Origin: Macrostomum lignano
Lineage: Eukaryota
Assembly: GCA_002269645.1 (NCBI GenBank)
Contig: NIVC01003004.1
Span: 62,001-126,000 of the forward strand
Length of the DNA: 64,000 bases
Reading direction: 5' to 3'
The notes below the pieces were generated by a model. The model was not told the origin of the DNA and ran no database searches. It saw only the letters and a list, made by a program, of their open reading frames with translations. Of this stretch, positions 10,893 through 24,243 are shown in pieces (position 1 is the stretch's first letter; each line of letters begins with the position of its first letter). A program made the translations under genes and the position numbers.

Positions 10893-13800
10893 TCAGTTGG
10901 GCCCCAAATTTAATAAAAATTATTGTACTGTGACTGCAAGGTATCCAAGTTTCTTTCACAATTACTTTCTATGACCAATTCTGGTCAGAATGGCTGCCAG
11001 TTTGGAATTCTTACAAGTAGATCTAAAAAGATCACATCATGCACAAAAATGCGAGTAGTTTTAGCCACAATTAATGAGATTATGTCAAAGGCTTGGTGCA
11101 ATCTACTTTCAAACAAAGTTTAGACTTTGGATAAAATATATTTACAATAAGAAATACCAAAATGAGAGTTAGTGATACCAAAGTGAATGCCAGAGGCAAT
11201 GAGAATAATTGTCAAGGGTCACAGAAAAGACAGCTTAGCTAGCTTTTAAGTAAGACAATTCTTACATTAATAAAACGATTCAAAAATATCTAAGAAATGG
11301 TGTAAAAGCCTATTAGAATATGTTTTAAAAAACTTAGACAGTTTCTAGGTAACTTAGCACACCTTATAAAATTTATACCTATGCTGCACTTATATTACAA
11401 TCAACTAGAGTTGTGATAATCAATTACCATTTTTAAGAGTGGCTATAGTATATAAAATTTATAGCAAGCTTCCTATAGATTATCTTATAGTTAATATAAT
11501 AATGAATGCTAAATATGACAAATATAATCATTTTCTTTCATTTATTTTTTATTTCATACTATATTTTCTAATCTATTTTGGATTTTTTCCTGCCTATATT
11601 ATTTCACTCACTGGGCTTACTTGTAGCCCATTGTTTATTATAAAAGTAGATACTTCTTTTGTATATGCCCTTTCCTACATCTAGATCTGAGGCTTTAAGA
11701 GAAGTGAAGCATTATGAATAAAGTTTAACATGGATTTGAGGGCAATGATTTCCACAAAATCAGAAGGGTAGGGTTGGCATTTGGTCTAGGTGCATTTTCA
11801 TTGAATTTCATCGAACACTTATAAATACTTGATGCATGCAAACTATGACATATTTCATAGGATTTAATCATCCTAGTCATTGATAGTCACATTTTCAGTT
11901 CTATAATTATAGATAGCACACTAATTCAATATTATTATAATCAATATTATTATAACATTTAGGATAACAATAGAAATGAAATATTTTCATCATATAGGAT
12001 TATACATTTATCAAGATAAAATTGGCAAAGAAAACCTCATTAGGGTGCATAGTGAAAGGGCAATGGCTGTGTTTTCACTAGTTGGTCCCTTTTGTCCAAT
12101 GGATAGATAGCCAAAGAAATATTTAAGGCAACTCTTAATTTGTTTTGAGTTTAATTTTTGTAAAAGCCCTTTTTCCATTGCTGCCAGCATAAGATAAATA
12201 ATAATACAAGTAGTTATTATTACTTGTCTATTTTGATATAGCTATCAGCTATGCCTTATATATTTGCCCATTGTTTATAGTCCCTTTTTGATTCTTTGCT
12301 TACTAACCTTTATTTACTGCTTCTTGTGCATTATCACATTGTCTAACAACCCTAGCTTGCAAGCTGTGGCAATCTATTCAGCTGATCAAGAGGCCCTTGA
12401 TGAAGCATTTTACTAGGCTACCTAGTAGGTCCAAGTGCAGATAATAGCCTACTTAATAGGCCTTAGTAAAATCTCTATCAATGAATGACACCTATCACAA
12501 CTTGTGACTTACTCAAGGAATAGTTTCAATGAGTAGAAGTGTGCCTTTGTGTACAAAGGGTGACCTTAGCTTGTTTTAGCCCTTCTGCTAGCCATCACCT
12601 AGGAGGCTTGTTACCCACCTTCTATAGTTTTGAAGGCAATATTTATGCCAGGAAATCCTAGTGTATAACAAAAGTCTTATCATTTTTCATTGTATATCAG
12701 GGTATATCCTGGCATATATGACACAGCAGATACATTGTGTCAAATGACATTTATTGTACTGGTATACAAACCTGGCATATAAACAAGGGCTTGTCATTTT
12801 TCTGGCATTAAAATTGGCATATATTAATATACAATTGAAACTATAGCCCACCTTTAAGAGGGATAGATTCCCCACTTGAGTTTTTCTATTTGGCACTTAT
12901 GATAATCTATTATCAATCTTTTAATTGAATTTATTTTGATATTAATTGTTAATCTAAATAAAACCTAATTTAATTTTCAAAGAAAATATTTTTAATGTGT
13001 AAAAGTAAAGACTACTAGGTCTTGGTAAACTAATAACCTAACTTTTATCCTTTTCAATCATTTTTTGTTACAACTGTTTCATTTCAAACAAAAAAATTAA
13101 CAAATGAAAGAGAAATATTGCATTAAATGACTATCTATAGTCTATGACTTTATATATATAATATATATATTAATATAAAGAAGGATACCTAGCATTTTGG
13201 AGACAAACTAAATCATAAATTTTTGCTAGGCCTAGGCCTAGGGTTCACTATCAACCATTGGTAGGCCAGCCCATTGACAAGAAGGTGGGATAGTGTGCAT
13301 TGGAAAAACTAATTATAGAACGAATTAAAGGGCCTATTATAGGCCTATAATAAATATTATTTTGTACACCAAGCAAGTCATTATATCAACAATTAAAAAA
13401 TTTCAAAATCATTTTGCTTAATAATTAAGTTCATTGGGCCTTACCTTTTAGGCATGGCAGCCATGTCTATAATATTTGAGCTTATAGGCAAAGCTATAAT
13501 CATTGATATAGAATTTATGTTCTATAAGGCTTTTTTTATAAATAAATGGTGGCTTAGTGGATATGTCTTAGTTCTGTCACTTTGTTGACATTTTGTATTG
13601 AGTCAACCATGTGACACCTATGCTATTGGACATGAATAATAATGTGAATGCCTAAACAATCTATTAGGGAAGGTAGTTTTTTTGCTATATATTGATTTAT
13701 ATTATATGTTATATATTTATTGATTTTTATTATATAGATCATGTTTACTAATGACAAAAACACTATGGGCAGAAATTGTTTTGCATGTTATTGTAACTAC

Positions 13801-16169
13801 AATATTGATAGGTTAACTCACATTGACCAAATGATGTTTTGTTATTAGATTTTTTCTTGGGTCAGAATAAATTTGCCAGTTATTTAGCTTTTTTTTCATA
13901 TTATATACATTTGAGAAACTTTAATATGAAGGCATCAATGAGGCTCTTTTTTCTATAGACAAGTTTTTTTATTAGTGCAAAGGCTAAGACCAATGAAAGC
14001 TTGATAAAGAATCAGAAAGTTTTTTATCACAAAGTTGCAAAGGCCAGGAGTGAAGAAAGCTTGGCAAGTAATCAGGAAATTTATTGATCATAGCAAAGTT
14101 GCTTGTCTTATTAGCTGATAGTTTACTAGGCATCATTTTGACAAACTAGATCATCTTGGTTATGAATGCTTAAAGCATCGAGGCCCAATGAGCAGCAATT
14201 TCATACTTGTTCTCCATGTAGAATAAGTAGATAACTTTTGAGGTATTGTGCCAAAATGGTAAAAGGTAAAAGTAGTAGCTATAATATATTTATAGGAGAA
14301 ATGTCTTGAAATAGAAATAGAGGCCAGTTTAATGCAGTTATATTAATAATTTGACATCATGTATAGTCTGTATTTGTAGTGAAAATCAAAATCAAATGAG
14401 CTTTTGCCTTTTTTCTCTAGCTATTTGGCTTTAACCATGGCTAGCACATGGGTAAGGCTATAGATTTTGTATATAATGCCTATTGCAATTAAAAAATCAC
14501 AGCTTTTCATCAAGATCTATAAAGCACTAGTGTCTAGTATTTGTATATTAGGTTTTAGATTAGGCTATCAGTTTCTATACTGTTCACAATTGGATAGGAC
14601 ACTTGATGCTAGCCAAGTATGACTAGGTGATCAGCCATGCTCTGGTTGCCTTGTCATTTTACTTAATAGAGAACTTGCTACTATATCAAGGCACTCCTAG
14701 ATGAGGATTGAGGATACTCATATGGTAGTCTGTCTGCTAGCTTGCTGCCTATGTTAGTGTTCCAACAACAATTGTCTATCAATACTTGACAGAAGAAATT
14801 ACATTAGTGAAAATCTTGGTCTGCTATGTGCCTTGACTTCTCAGAGAGTTCCATGATGACTGTCCATTCCAAGAGAGGCCAATACAACCTCAACTCTGCC
14901 AACTCTGCCAAGTCTGGCCCTTATAACCAATGAGTGTTTTTGCAGATGCTAGTCTAGTCTGGCATAGATTAAAAAATGTTTGGTGTGCCAAGGCTCAAGC
15001 TCAAGGTAAAGAAAGAGAGGACCACTGGTATCTGGTGCACTTTTGCATTTTGTCCAGTACTTAAAAGAACTGTTTGGCATAATTTGACTTTTTTTTATCC
15101 TTGGCTACAATATGGAGTCTGTCAAGGACACTGGATAAAGTTTAATCCCAAATGGTAACAAGTGGAGACTTGGGCAAGACAAGACCATAAATTGCCATAA
15201 TTTCACTTGCTATACTTCACTATGCTAGTGACATTCACAAGCCACTTGTGGAGACTTAGGGCAAGTCTGAAAGAGACTTAATAATAATAGGGCAAGGGGT
15301 TCTGGTGAAGTGCAACTCAGTTTGAACTTAAGGGGACAAATGTTTCATGAATTTTATTGACTCTATTAAAATTTGTCTGATGAAAAGGTAACTAATGTTG
15401 CTATAGGCCCTATATGAAATCTAAGGAGGATTATCTAAAACTATCCAAACTATTATTGAAGACATTTTTAGCCACCTACCATTTTTGTGTTCTGTTCCAG
15501 CAATGACAGGAAATACTTTTAGCAAGTTTTTGCACAAAAAGGGCATGCCTGCATCAAGAGTCACACCAACCATACTTTAAGAGTACAGATTTCTATTGGC
15601 TACTGAGAAGCAGCGACTGAAGAATGTGGCTAAAAGGAGGCCCATGACCTTCTGGCGCATGGTGAAAGAAATTGAAAAGCTTGGGGAGGCAGAAAAGAAA
15701 GATTTTGCACTCCTCATGTTTCATTGCAAAGATAATGCTAAGAACAATGTTACAATTTCACAGTCCTGCCAAGCACGACTTCTTGATCACTTGCAGGCCA
15801 TGGTTTTGGTGAGTGAGCAGGGCAATATTAAGTAGCATTCCATTTTTCCAAGAGATGTGAATACACCTGATTGTCCTCTAATTTAGACTTACCACACTGG
15901 CCACAATGTTGCACAAGTTCAAAAGCCAACCACTGCTGCACTACAAGATGCCGTGTGCCGTATGGCAATGAAGGCATATCATAAGCTCATCTTGCTTTTG
16001 CCTGCTTTAGAGCGAAATATAGCACTGATGCATATTTTAAAAGCAGAACAATGTATGCTTACAGACATGCAGTTTCTTCTCAACATAGGGGTTGTATTAC
16101 GATGCATTTCTTAACCTAAGTTTCATCGTAAGTCAGAACTTTTAACACAGATGAGATAGGTGTTAAGAT

Positions 16170-16745
16170 TGTTCTCAAGATAAAAAAGTTTTGTAGTACA
16201 ACCACATACTACAAAATTGACATAATCTCCAGCACTCTCAAAACACCTTTGCAACCTCCTTATCCACTTTTTGAAGGACTCAGCAAATGCTGAAGTGGGC
16301 ATGGGGTTTGTGAGACCCCTCCAAGGCAGTCTCCACCTTGCTCCTTGCCAACACATGCGGGCATGCATTGTTCTGATGCAGGAACCAGCCTCTTTGGACA
16401 ATTTTCGCTGGATGTGGTCTCTCAATATGTCCAACACTCCACAGTATTTCTGTACTGTGGACTACATGTAGTAGTCACTGTTCACTGTCTGTCCATGTGG
16501 CACATAGTGGGTATACACTAAGCCCTGTTGCAATGTTGCCTACAGTCTGTATAGTTGGCTCCTGGTTCTGGCCATGACCATCTGAGCTGGCTTCATGGTT
16601 GGAGCATAGTTGGTCAAAGATGTGGTAGACTTGACTTTGGGACAAAGCCTGATCTTGGTGAATATCTTGCAAGTGCTTTAACCACTCCAATGCCGATTTT
16701 CCTGCCACAAAGAAGTCCACAACAACTTCTCTTTGATGGACAATT
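16170..16745 (-). mobile_element. Decayed, internally deleted mariner transposase
   Basis: HTH region GKSALEWLKHLQDIHQDQALSQSQVY; YCGVLDILRDHIQRK; GWFLHQNNA (WILHHDNA equivalent); FKKWIRRLQRCFESAGDYV (WEKCVASQGDYF equivalent); frameshifts present. Confidence 0.85.
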
Positions 16746-17024
16746 TTAAGTCTTGATAAATAGTGTAGGAGTAACTTCAGTAAAGTTAAAAGTGAGCTGC
16801 AAAGAGATATAGATAAGATAAGATAGAAAGCTTAAAATGATGGACTAAGGAGTGGATAAGTTTTTCTTTTAGTCTGACTTTTTTCCTCAGAGCATAAACT
16901 GGTTTTTGACAAAAGCATCACTCTTATATTTAGCCAGACAGCCCTTGTATTATGTGCTAATTTATATTTTTCACTTCTTTAGATGATGCCAGCATGCTTG
17001 GCCCAGTTCCCTGGAATGAACTGG

Positions 17025-19295
17025 CTAGGGACAACACCCAATCAGAAAACTTCAAAGTTCCGGGATTTTTTGTCCCAAGTTTATTTTCAAATCCACGGGA
17101 TTTGAAAGTCGCGGCATGCAAGGAGATCTTTCTGAATGGCATCGAATTTGTTTGAAGGCCCGAATTTGTTCAAAGTGAAGCTCCTGTAATGCTGGATGAC
17201 TTGCTTTGTGATCCTGACGGCGCCTTGACCTAAACAGTGTAGCCAGATATTAGAATTTTTAGGCATTTTATAACAAAGCCTATAGTCATTTCCAGCCTTT
17301 TTGGCCTTGCGACCTATAGCAGTCTGATTTGCCTGCAGTCTTCCTATTGCTTGTGTGCCATTTGGGTTGCTGCAGTTTTGCAACTAGTGTTTGTATGCGC
17401 CTACTTTTGTGAAAATGAAAGTTAGTTTAACAGTAATTAGCAAACTAAGTTAGTTTGCTTAGTTACAATCAAATATGGCAAAATATTGTGAATTTTGTTA
17501 ATAAAGATCAAATGTGTTTATTTTGTTTATTCATAGCAATCTGCGTTCTCATTTCTTTAAAATGTGTTTGGTGCCTCCTTTAGAGTAAAGATTAGAAAGT
17601 TTTGCCCAGTCACTTCCTAGCTCTGCTGGATATTTTTTGACTTCTGTTCTTGGTACCTTCTAGCATGCCCTATGTCCCCACATTGCTAACTAAGTGAAGT
17701 TTCTTGTGAAGTTAATTTGACGATCATTATTCATACTTTTAATGCAAAACAATCCATTACTACAAGCAATGTATAGTTGCGTATGTGGTTTGAGAGATTG
17801 ACAATGATTAAGTTTCATGAGTGGTTGCCACACATTGTCTCATAGATAAATGCTTTTGATCAGCATTGAACAATCCATCATTGTTTCATGATAAAGTGAA
17901 TCTAATTGTTCAACGCTAAAAAAAGATGAGAAATTTTGGTTGCATGAGGCCATAGACATAAAGCAAATCTGATTATTCAATGCTAAAAAGACAAGAATTT
18001 TGGTTGCTTGAGGCCATAGACATAAATTTTCTTGGCTAGATTGAAGCTTGTAAGAGCCTGTGTGTACTATTTAGACGATAATAGACAGACAAACACCATT
18101 GAGATTATTTTTTCTTGTCAAGCAAAAAACTGAAAATGATAAATTGGAAGCATCTACTGGTAGAATATTTGGATAGAGTATCATCCAAGGAGTTGCAGTT
18201 TCTGTCAAATGTGAGCTTTCTAGATCACAGCCAAGACCAAGACCTGAAGGACTTCATTGACTTCATAACTGATCATAGCAGGAACGACAACAATGTGCTA
18301 GATGTGCAGTTGCTGGATGAAGATGTCGTAGCCATTAGCGGTGCTAGTAGCGTAGCCAGTGATGGACTATTGTCTTAGTTGGATAACACCGAGCTACAAT
18401 TGCTGCCAAAAACAACCAGGGATCAAATGATTCAGCACGGCAGCAAATTTATAAATTACATGGATTCATTTAGTGTACACAGACAAACATTGGCTACAAT
18501 CAGAGCTGAACAATTAAACAAGTATTTGCAACTCTATTACTTTTGTCTGAAGAAACCTGATGGTGAGCTATATTCAGCCACAAGTTTTGTTTGCATTAGA
18601 GCTGGAATACAACGTAGGCCTACTTTTGTCATGTCATCAAGCAAGAAATAAACCTGGTTGGCAGTTCCAAGTTTTCAACATCAAATTGAATGCTACAGGT
18701 CAGGGTTTGAGAATTTCAATCTGCAGGAGGCAACTTCAAGCATTATGAACCTATTGAGCTAGATGATTTAGCCAAGTTACAAGAATACTTTAATTGCACC
18801 ACTGGAGAGAGGCTGCAAGACAAAACCTTATTAATGCTACTCTATGTCTTGGGCAAGCGCGGCTATAATATGAACATAATTAGGCCCACAACTAGTTTGT
18901 TATACTGCGATAATTTCTATTAATTGCCTCACATCATGTGGCACCTTTTTAAACCCCACATTAGATTTAAATGTGAAATTTATGTCAATGAAAATTTTGA
19001 TATGATTTGCTTCTTTATTACTAATTAGTATATTTATACTACTTACTTCAATATGTCAAAAGATAATGCTGTTTTTCAACTACAAATAGATCATTATCTT
19101 TATAACAATCAAAAAAGAAGCAAAAAAAACATTTTGCCTTAAAATTTCTACCTAGAAGCTTAAAATCTGCATTTTTCTGATCTCATGATTGAATCCCAGG
19201 ATTGGCCAAATTCTGGGATTAAAATCCCAGGATCCTAGGGTTGCAAAAAACTGGGATTTTGCAATTTGCAAAATTTTACAATTTAGCAATCTGAA
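17025..19295. mobile_element. Possible hAT-type termini with ATCCC(A/G)GGAT subterminal repeats bracketing the Crypton relic
   Basis: TAGGGA..TTCCCGGATT at ~17025-17110 and repeated ATCCCAGGAT/CTGGGATT at ~19190-19290; no TSD identified. Confidence 0.3.
18380..18875 (+). mobile_element. Crypton-type (DUF3504) tyrosine-recombinase relic
   Basis: EQLNKYLQLYYFCLKKPDGELYSATSFVCIRAGIQR and KHYEPIELDDLAKLQEYFNCTTGERLQDKTLLMLLYVLGKRG match Crypton/KCTD1/ZMYM-related YR domains; stops and frameshifts present. Confidence 0.8.
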
Positions 19296-19559
19296 TCTAG
19301 GTGTAGGTGGCTGTGTCTATAAGTTTCTGTATTATAGACTTGGCCACCGTGTCTCTAAGTGTGGCGTAAAGAAAGTTTGTATTAAACATTAAATTTAAAA
19401 TAGCCTAGGGGCCTAGGCCTATTTGTTGCATAGGCCTAGGAAAATTATGCATTGTCCATTGATATAAAAAAATTCCGCATTTGAGTCGGCGTCCATCTAG
19501 GAAGAGATGTGCGTTAAACCCGGTCGATTCACTCAGCTTTAGATATAAAAAATAGCCTA

Positions 19560-19682
19560 TATAGCCGGATCCGGAAAATTTGCAGATTTCTAATTTAAGT
19601 TTCAACGCTGACTTGCAAGTCTAGGAATAGTGATCGAACATACACACACAGACAAACAACGCATCACTTTTAGTATACAAAT
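19560..19682 (-). mobile_element. Helitron-like 5' terminus
   Basis: Minus strand TGTATACTAAAAGTGATGCGTTGTTTGTCTGTGTGTG resembles the TCCTATATACTAAAAATGAAATGTGTG 5' ends of the trimer; 3' end not located. Confidence 0.45.
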
Positions 19683-20009
19683 TTGCAGTTTTCCCATATG
19701 CAGGTTTCGACGCTAAATTGACACGCCACTAGTCTAGGAGTTAAATTGCAATAGTAGGCCTATATTATGTATATAAAGAGTCAGATTTTTAAAAGCTTGC
19801 CTTTATGTTGACTTTATAGCATTTCAAATAGCCGTCGATTTTCCAGGAAGTTTGTTGGTATTAAGACAAATTTTCTTGAAAGCTAGGAAAGCTAGGATTT
19901 CTAAGCTTCCTAACTGTTTTGCTGTGCTAAAAAATTCTCTTTTTCAAAATTCTCATATGGATTGGGATGTGTTTAAGCACATTGGCTTATAGTTTTTATT
20001 CTTATTGCA

Positions 20010-23000
20010 TATCGCTTAGCCATGGCCCTATGGGGCAGGATACGAATGCCAACGTCAATTAGACGGCGGGCAGTCTTAGCCCTGCGGACGAAGATGTCCA
20101 GCGGGGGAATGTTGAGGAAAGCGTTGAGGCCATCGTAATGGAGCAGACGGCGGGGCGCTCATGATCATGCGGCATGCGCGCCCTTCGTTCTACTGAGAGC
20201 CTTCAGGCAGGTCTCTTCATCTGCAGGGCGCAAGCCCAGATCAGGCCGCCGTATAACGAGACAGCAGGTCTAACCATTGCAGTGTAGATCCACCAGAGAC
20301 GCTTGGGGTGAGCCCCAAGGTGGTGCCGACGGCCCTGCGCAGTTGCGCTACGACTTCGAGGGCCTTTTTGGCTTTAGCTTAAACGTGGGGTGGATCAGTT
20401 CAGCGTGTGGTCAAGGGTAATTCAAAGACATTTAGTCTGCTTGCAGAGAGGGATTTCAGCGGCTGAATTTGCCACAATTGGTCCTGTTGGTGAACATGAT
20501 CGCTCCATCTTAGTCTCAGAGAGCTTTAACCACAACAATGTGCCTACTGCTCAGCGGCGTAGATAAAGTTTTGAAGAAGGTCCCTGAGGGTGTCAGAGGA
20601 CGGACCAGACGCCACCGCGGGTGGTGACATCGTCCGCATATCCTACTTTCAGAATGGGGTCAGGCCCAGCATCCTGAAGAAGCTCATCGATGACCATATT
20701 CCAGAGAACTGGAGACAGCACCCCACGTTGCAGGCTACCTTAGCAGATGAGGACCGTCCGCTGGTAGCCCAGACTGGCGGTGGACGTGCTGTGGCTGATC
20801 ATGTACATGATCCACCTGGTGAGATGTGAGTGCGTTTGGCCCTCACAACGGCTTCGCTATGGGGATCTTTCTAGACATCATGGGCGCCTTCGACAACTTC
20901 CTCTTCGAGGCGTTCCAAAGCTTTTTGAACGACTCGAAGAGGAAGTAGTCGAAGGCGCCATGATGTCTAGGAAGATACCCAGAGCGAAGCCGTTTCCAAG
21001 CACGGCCTTCTTAAGTTTATCGACCAAGACGTGCAGCGCGCTTTCAGTGGAGCAACAACTCGAAAGCGTGCTGGTTTTCGCTGAGAGAGCTTGACCAGGT
21101 AGGAGGTCAGGATGATTGGTCTGAAGTATTTGATATATAGAATGGTAGTCCGAAGGCCTGGCTTAGGTATGAAAATCACCTTTGCTTCGGTCCAAGCCTG
21201 TTGGACATAACGAAGCGGGATGCATGCCCGGAAAAGGCCGTCGGGTCCTGGAGCTTTGAAAGGTTTGAATCGAAGGAGTTGGCCGTTCTTCCAATGCGGT
21301 CCTCCGTGATGATAGAGGGAGCCAGCGCGTGACCTCCTTCAGAGTGGTCCGGAGTGGTCAGCAGGTTGACCGGCTCGTTGGGGAAAAACGCAAGAGAGCA
21401 TTACATCAAGCATTTCACTGGGTTTGTCCGTGAACGTTCCGTCCGGGTTAGGGAATCAGTGTTTCTGGCGTTCTGTCTCCACGTAACAAAATTTGGGCTG
21501 CGCGCGGCCATCAGGTTGAAGGAGATGAACTTGTGATTGGAGAGTGAGGACGCTGAAAACACCCGCCACGCTCCAATGCTATGGTAGAGCCTGGGTGTTG
21601 CGAGTGTGACATCGATAACCTCCGACCACCGACCGTTGTCAAATGTATGGGTGGACCCAGAGTTGCAAAACTCAAGGGTCATGGAGGCAAAATAAACTCG
21701 GTGGTTTCAATCCAGCCTTCTGGCTGTTGGGGTGGAGCGCGAGAACCCGCTCAAGGAGGCTCCTAGCCTGGTACAGCGGCGTTGAATCTGACCGGACCTC
21801 CGGGTGCTCCTGACAGGTCTGCGGTTGCGGTTGCCGGATTTAGCAGCGCGAACTGCCCTACCGGACTGGGAATCGGCCGTTTGCCTCTGCTTCTTTGCTG
21901 GAGGAGCCTGGGCTCCAGTTCCGGTTTCGGAAGCCTCAGCATGCTAATTGGCTCCGTCAGCTTTCCGCCCTTACAGCGAAGGGTGGTCAGCTGAGCCAGG
22001 CCAAGGTGGATCGTGGACTCAGGCGACAAGCGATTAGTCCAGGCGTCAGAGAGCCCTAAGATCACCGTGCCCCCTTCTCCTTGCGGGAAGTGGCGTGGTG
22101 TAGGAGCCCGTTGACCTCGAGGTCAGGGTGCACCTTTTGCAGGATCTGCCTAAGCTGATCCCCTGACTTGATGGCACTGCCGGCCGGGATCCAGACGCGA
22201 AAGCGCTGGGTCTTTTGTCGCACGCCCTCGCTTGCGAAGACGAGTTAGCCGAGCTTCTTTAGCCAATTCAATTTCGGCAGAAGCTCCTTAGACTGCGGCT
22301 GCTCTCCTCCGAGTTGCACCAGATGAAGATACAGCTAGCCGTCAGTCTTTGCTGATCTGACTACGCTCACGGAGCGGCCTGCCAGGAGCTGGTCAATATA
22401 AGCGCGGCGTTGATGGTGCACCAGGCACTGTCGAGCTCATCGGCAGTGAGGTCTTGCTCCTCCCCGAAGACGATGACCGCCGGTTGGAGCTTGACCTTTA
22501 AGGCGTAGTTGGTGGTCCCGAAGGCCCGGCCGTGCTGATGGCAGGTTTGCTGGGTGGCATACCATCGGGGGTTGTTTCCTGGGGGCAGGGGTTGCTGTGG
22601 TTCCTATATCGGCCTAACAGCAGCCTCGCCCTCCCGAGGTTTCTCCCTCCGCAAGTGGCCAGCCCGCAGCTTCCCTGTCCCGTTGTCGCCGTCGTCGCTC
22701 ATTCCGGCGTTGGTTACGAGCACGTCGGGCCTCTGCAGAGGGCCTGGGTGCGCATGTGGGCTTGTCGCCAGACGAGCCGGCGTCGAGCCCAACTGCCCTC
22801 AATGTGGCGGTGCTGGCGCAAGAATCACCGGCTGGAGTTGCCGGGGTCCCGGCTTCAGCGGGATTGTTAAAGGCGGTGGATGTTATTGCTGAAAGCGGGA
22901 ATTAGTGAGCGGAGTCACAAAAATAATGAAAAAAGGAGAAAAGGACCGCTAGCGACCGGACTACTCCCCGACCTTCCAGCTCATCGGCACGGTCAAACAC

Positions 23001-23340
23001 CTTAGACATCAGAAGGTACGTTAAGCAGTACCACGGCCTGCAGGCTGGCGAGCCAGTTTCACATACCCAAGTTCGGCCAAAGCCACTGGAGGGTACCCAG
23101 CGTCGGAGCCCAGTCTGTCCAGCGGTCCTAGGGTTTGCTTTGAACACACGCAGGGACGGGTACCCCTGGGTTGGCTTGCGAGACAGCCTGGTGGGGGGGG
23201 GTCTGCGGCAGCCGGATGCAAATAAAGGGTGCAGACCTCCCACCAGCCTTAACCTGCTGAAGATAGGGGCAGGCGTGAAGCATCGCAGACCTTAGCCCAT
23301 AGGCCTAGTCTGCCTCATACTTCACTGGCATGCTGAATTC
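20010..23340 (-). mobile_element. Decayed non-LTR retrotransposon of the R1/LOA group (ORF1, APE, RT)
   Basis: APE end NSGSTHTFDNGRWSEVIDVTL..WRV..SLSNH; RT IPKPG..FRPIILTS; C-terminal TAALNAFLNIPPLDIFV; GC-rich ORF1 remnants 21760-23000; many frameshifts; boundaries approximate. Confidence 0.85.
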
Positions 23341-24243
23341 GCCTTTGCGTGGGTGTATAGCTGTATAGCTCAAGTCAGGAACGAAATTTCAACTTTTTAT
23401 TTTATATTTATCAATAGCGACGGTACAAGTTAAGGACAGTGTATACAGTGGTCCTTGCAACAGTATTTTACGATTGTGAATCGTATTAATTTGATTAAGG
23501 ACTTAAGTTAAATATCACGGGAGCAGCTGTGGCGCATGGTACCTAGCTAGTATATATACATGCAGCAACTGTAGTAGCTGGCTGCTACGAGTTTAGAGCT
23601 TTTGGAGATTTTGGTTATAGCGCTCTGTGGCAAGTATATTTCTTGTCTTATTATAAAGCTCGGGGCTTTTCTACCCAGAGTACTAACTGCAGTTGGCGCT
23701 GCAATCTGGTTTTAATTTTCAATTTCCTCAAACACAAGTATGTTTTGCTTGATAAGTAAAAAAAATTACTGCTAGACGACGCATATCCCAGGAAATCATG
23801 TGATTCATGACGCACTGTACGTTTGCATACGAACGATACGAGCGTACACCAAGAGAGAAGAAAGATTTCTTGTGCCAGAGGCACAAGATATGGGGCGGGG
23901 TTTCTCAGAAATACAGATGAAGCTGAGCAATCTAGGAGCGAGATATGACGTTCAACCGAAGCTGCACAACCCTCTCTCCCACTACCGAGTTGCCATTGGT
24001 TATATTCAAATCCCATCTCCAAATCTTCTTCTCTTCCCCTTGAACCCCCACGCGCTTGTTTCATTTTAACTCCCATTTAGCTATGCGCGCGACAATCTTG
24101 GGTCTGATAAGTGTTGATAAAACGGCGAGAGGTCGCGGGCTTAGACTATATTTTTTTCGTTTTACCGGCCATAATATTAACAAAGGCAATCTCCTAAACG
24201 ACTGATATTCAGCAAATTAGCCCGCAATTGAAACCTATGCAGG

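Larger units (their letters stand above)
11150..19400. other. Hypermutated, CpG-depleted domain of nested decayed transposon sequence
   Basis: About 4 CpG in 11161-15600 (roughly 120 expected at ~33% GC); frequent CTAG/TAG/CTA; depletion weaker from 15600 to 19400. Confidence 0.85.

Noticed and set aside
11150-15600. Classical ascomycete RIP
   Set aside because: CpA and TpG remain abundant by eye, whereas classical RIP depletes them; reported as a distinct CG/CTAG signature instead
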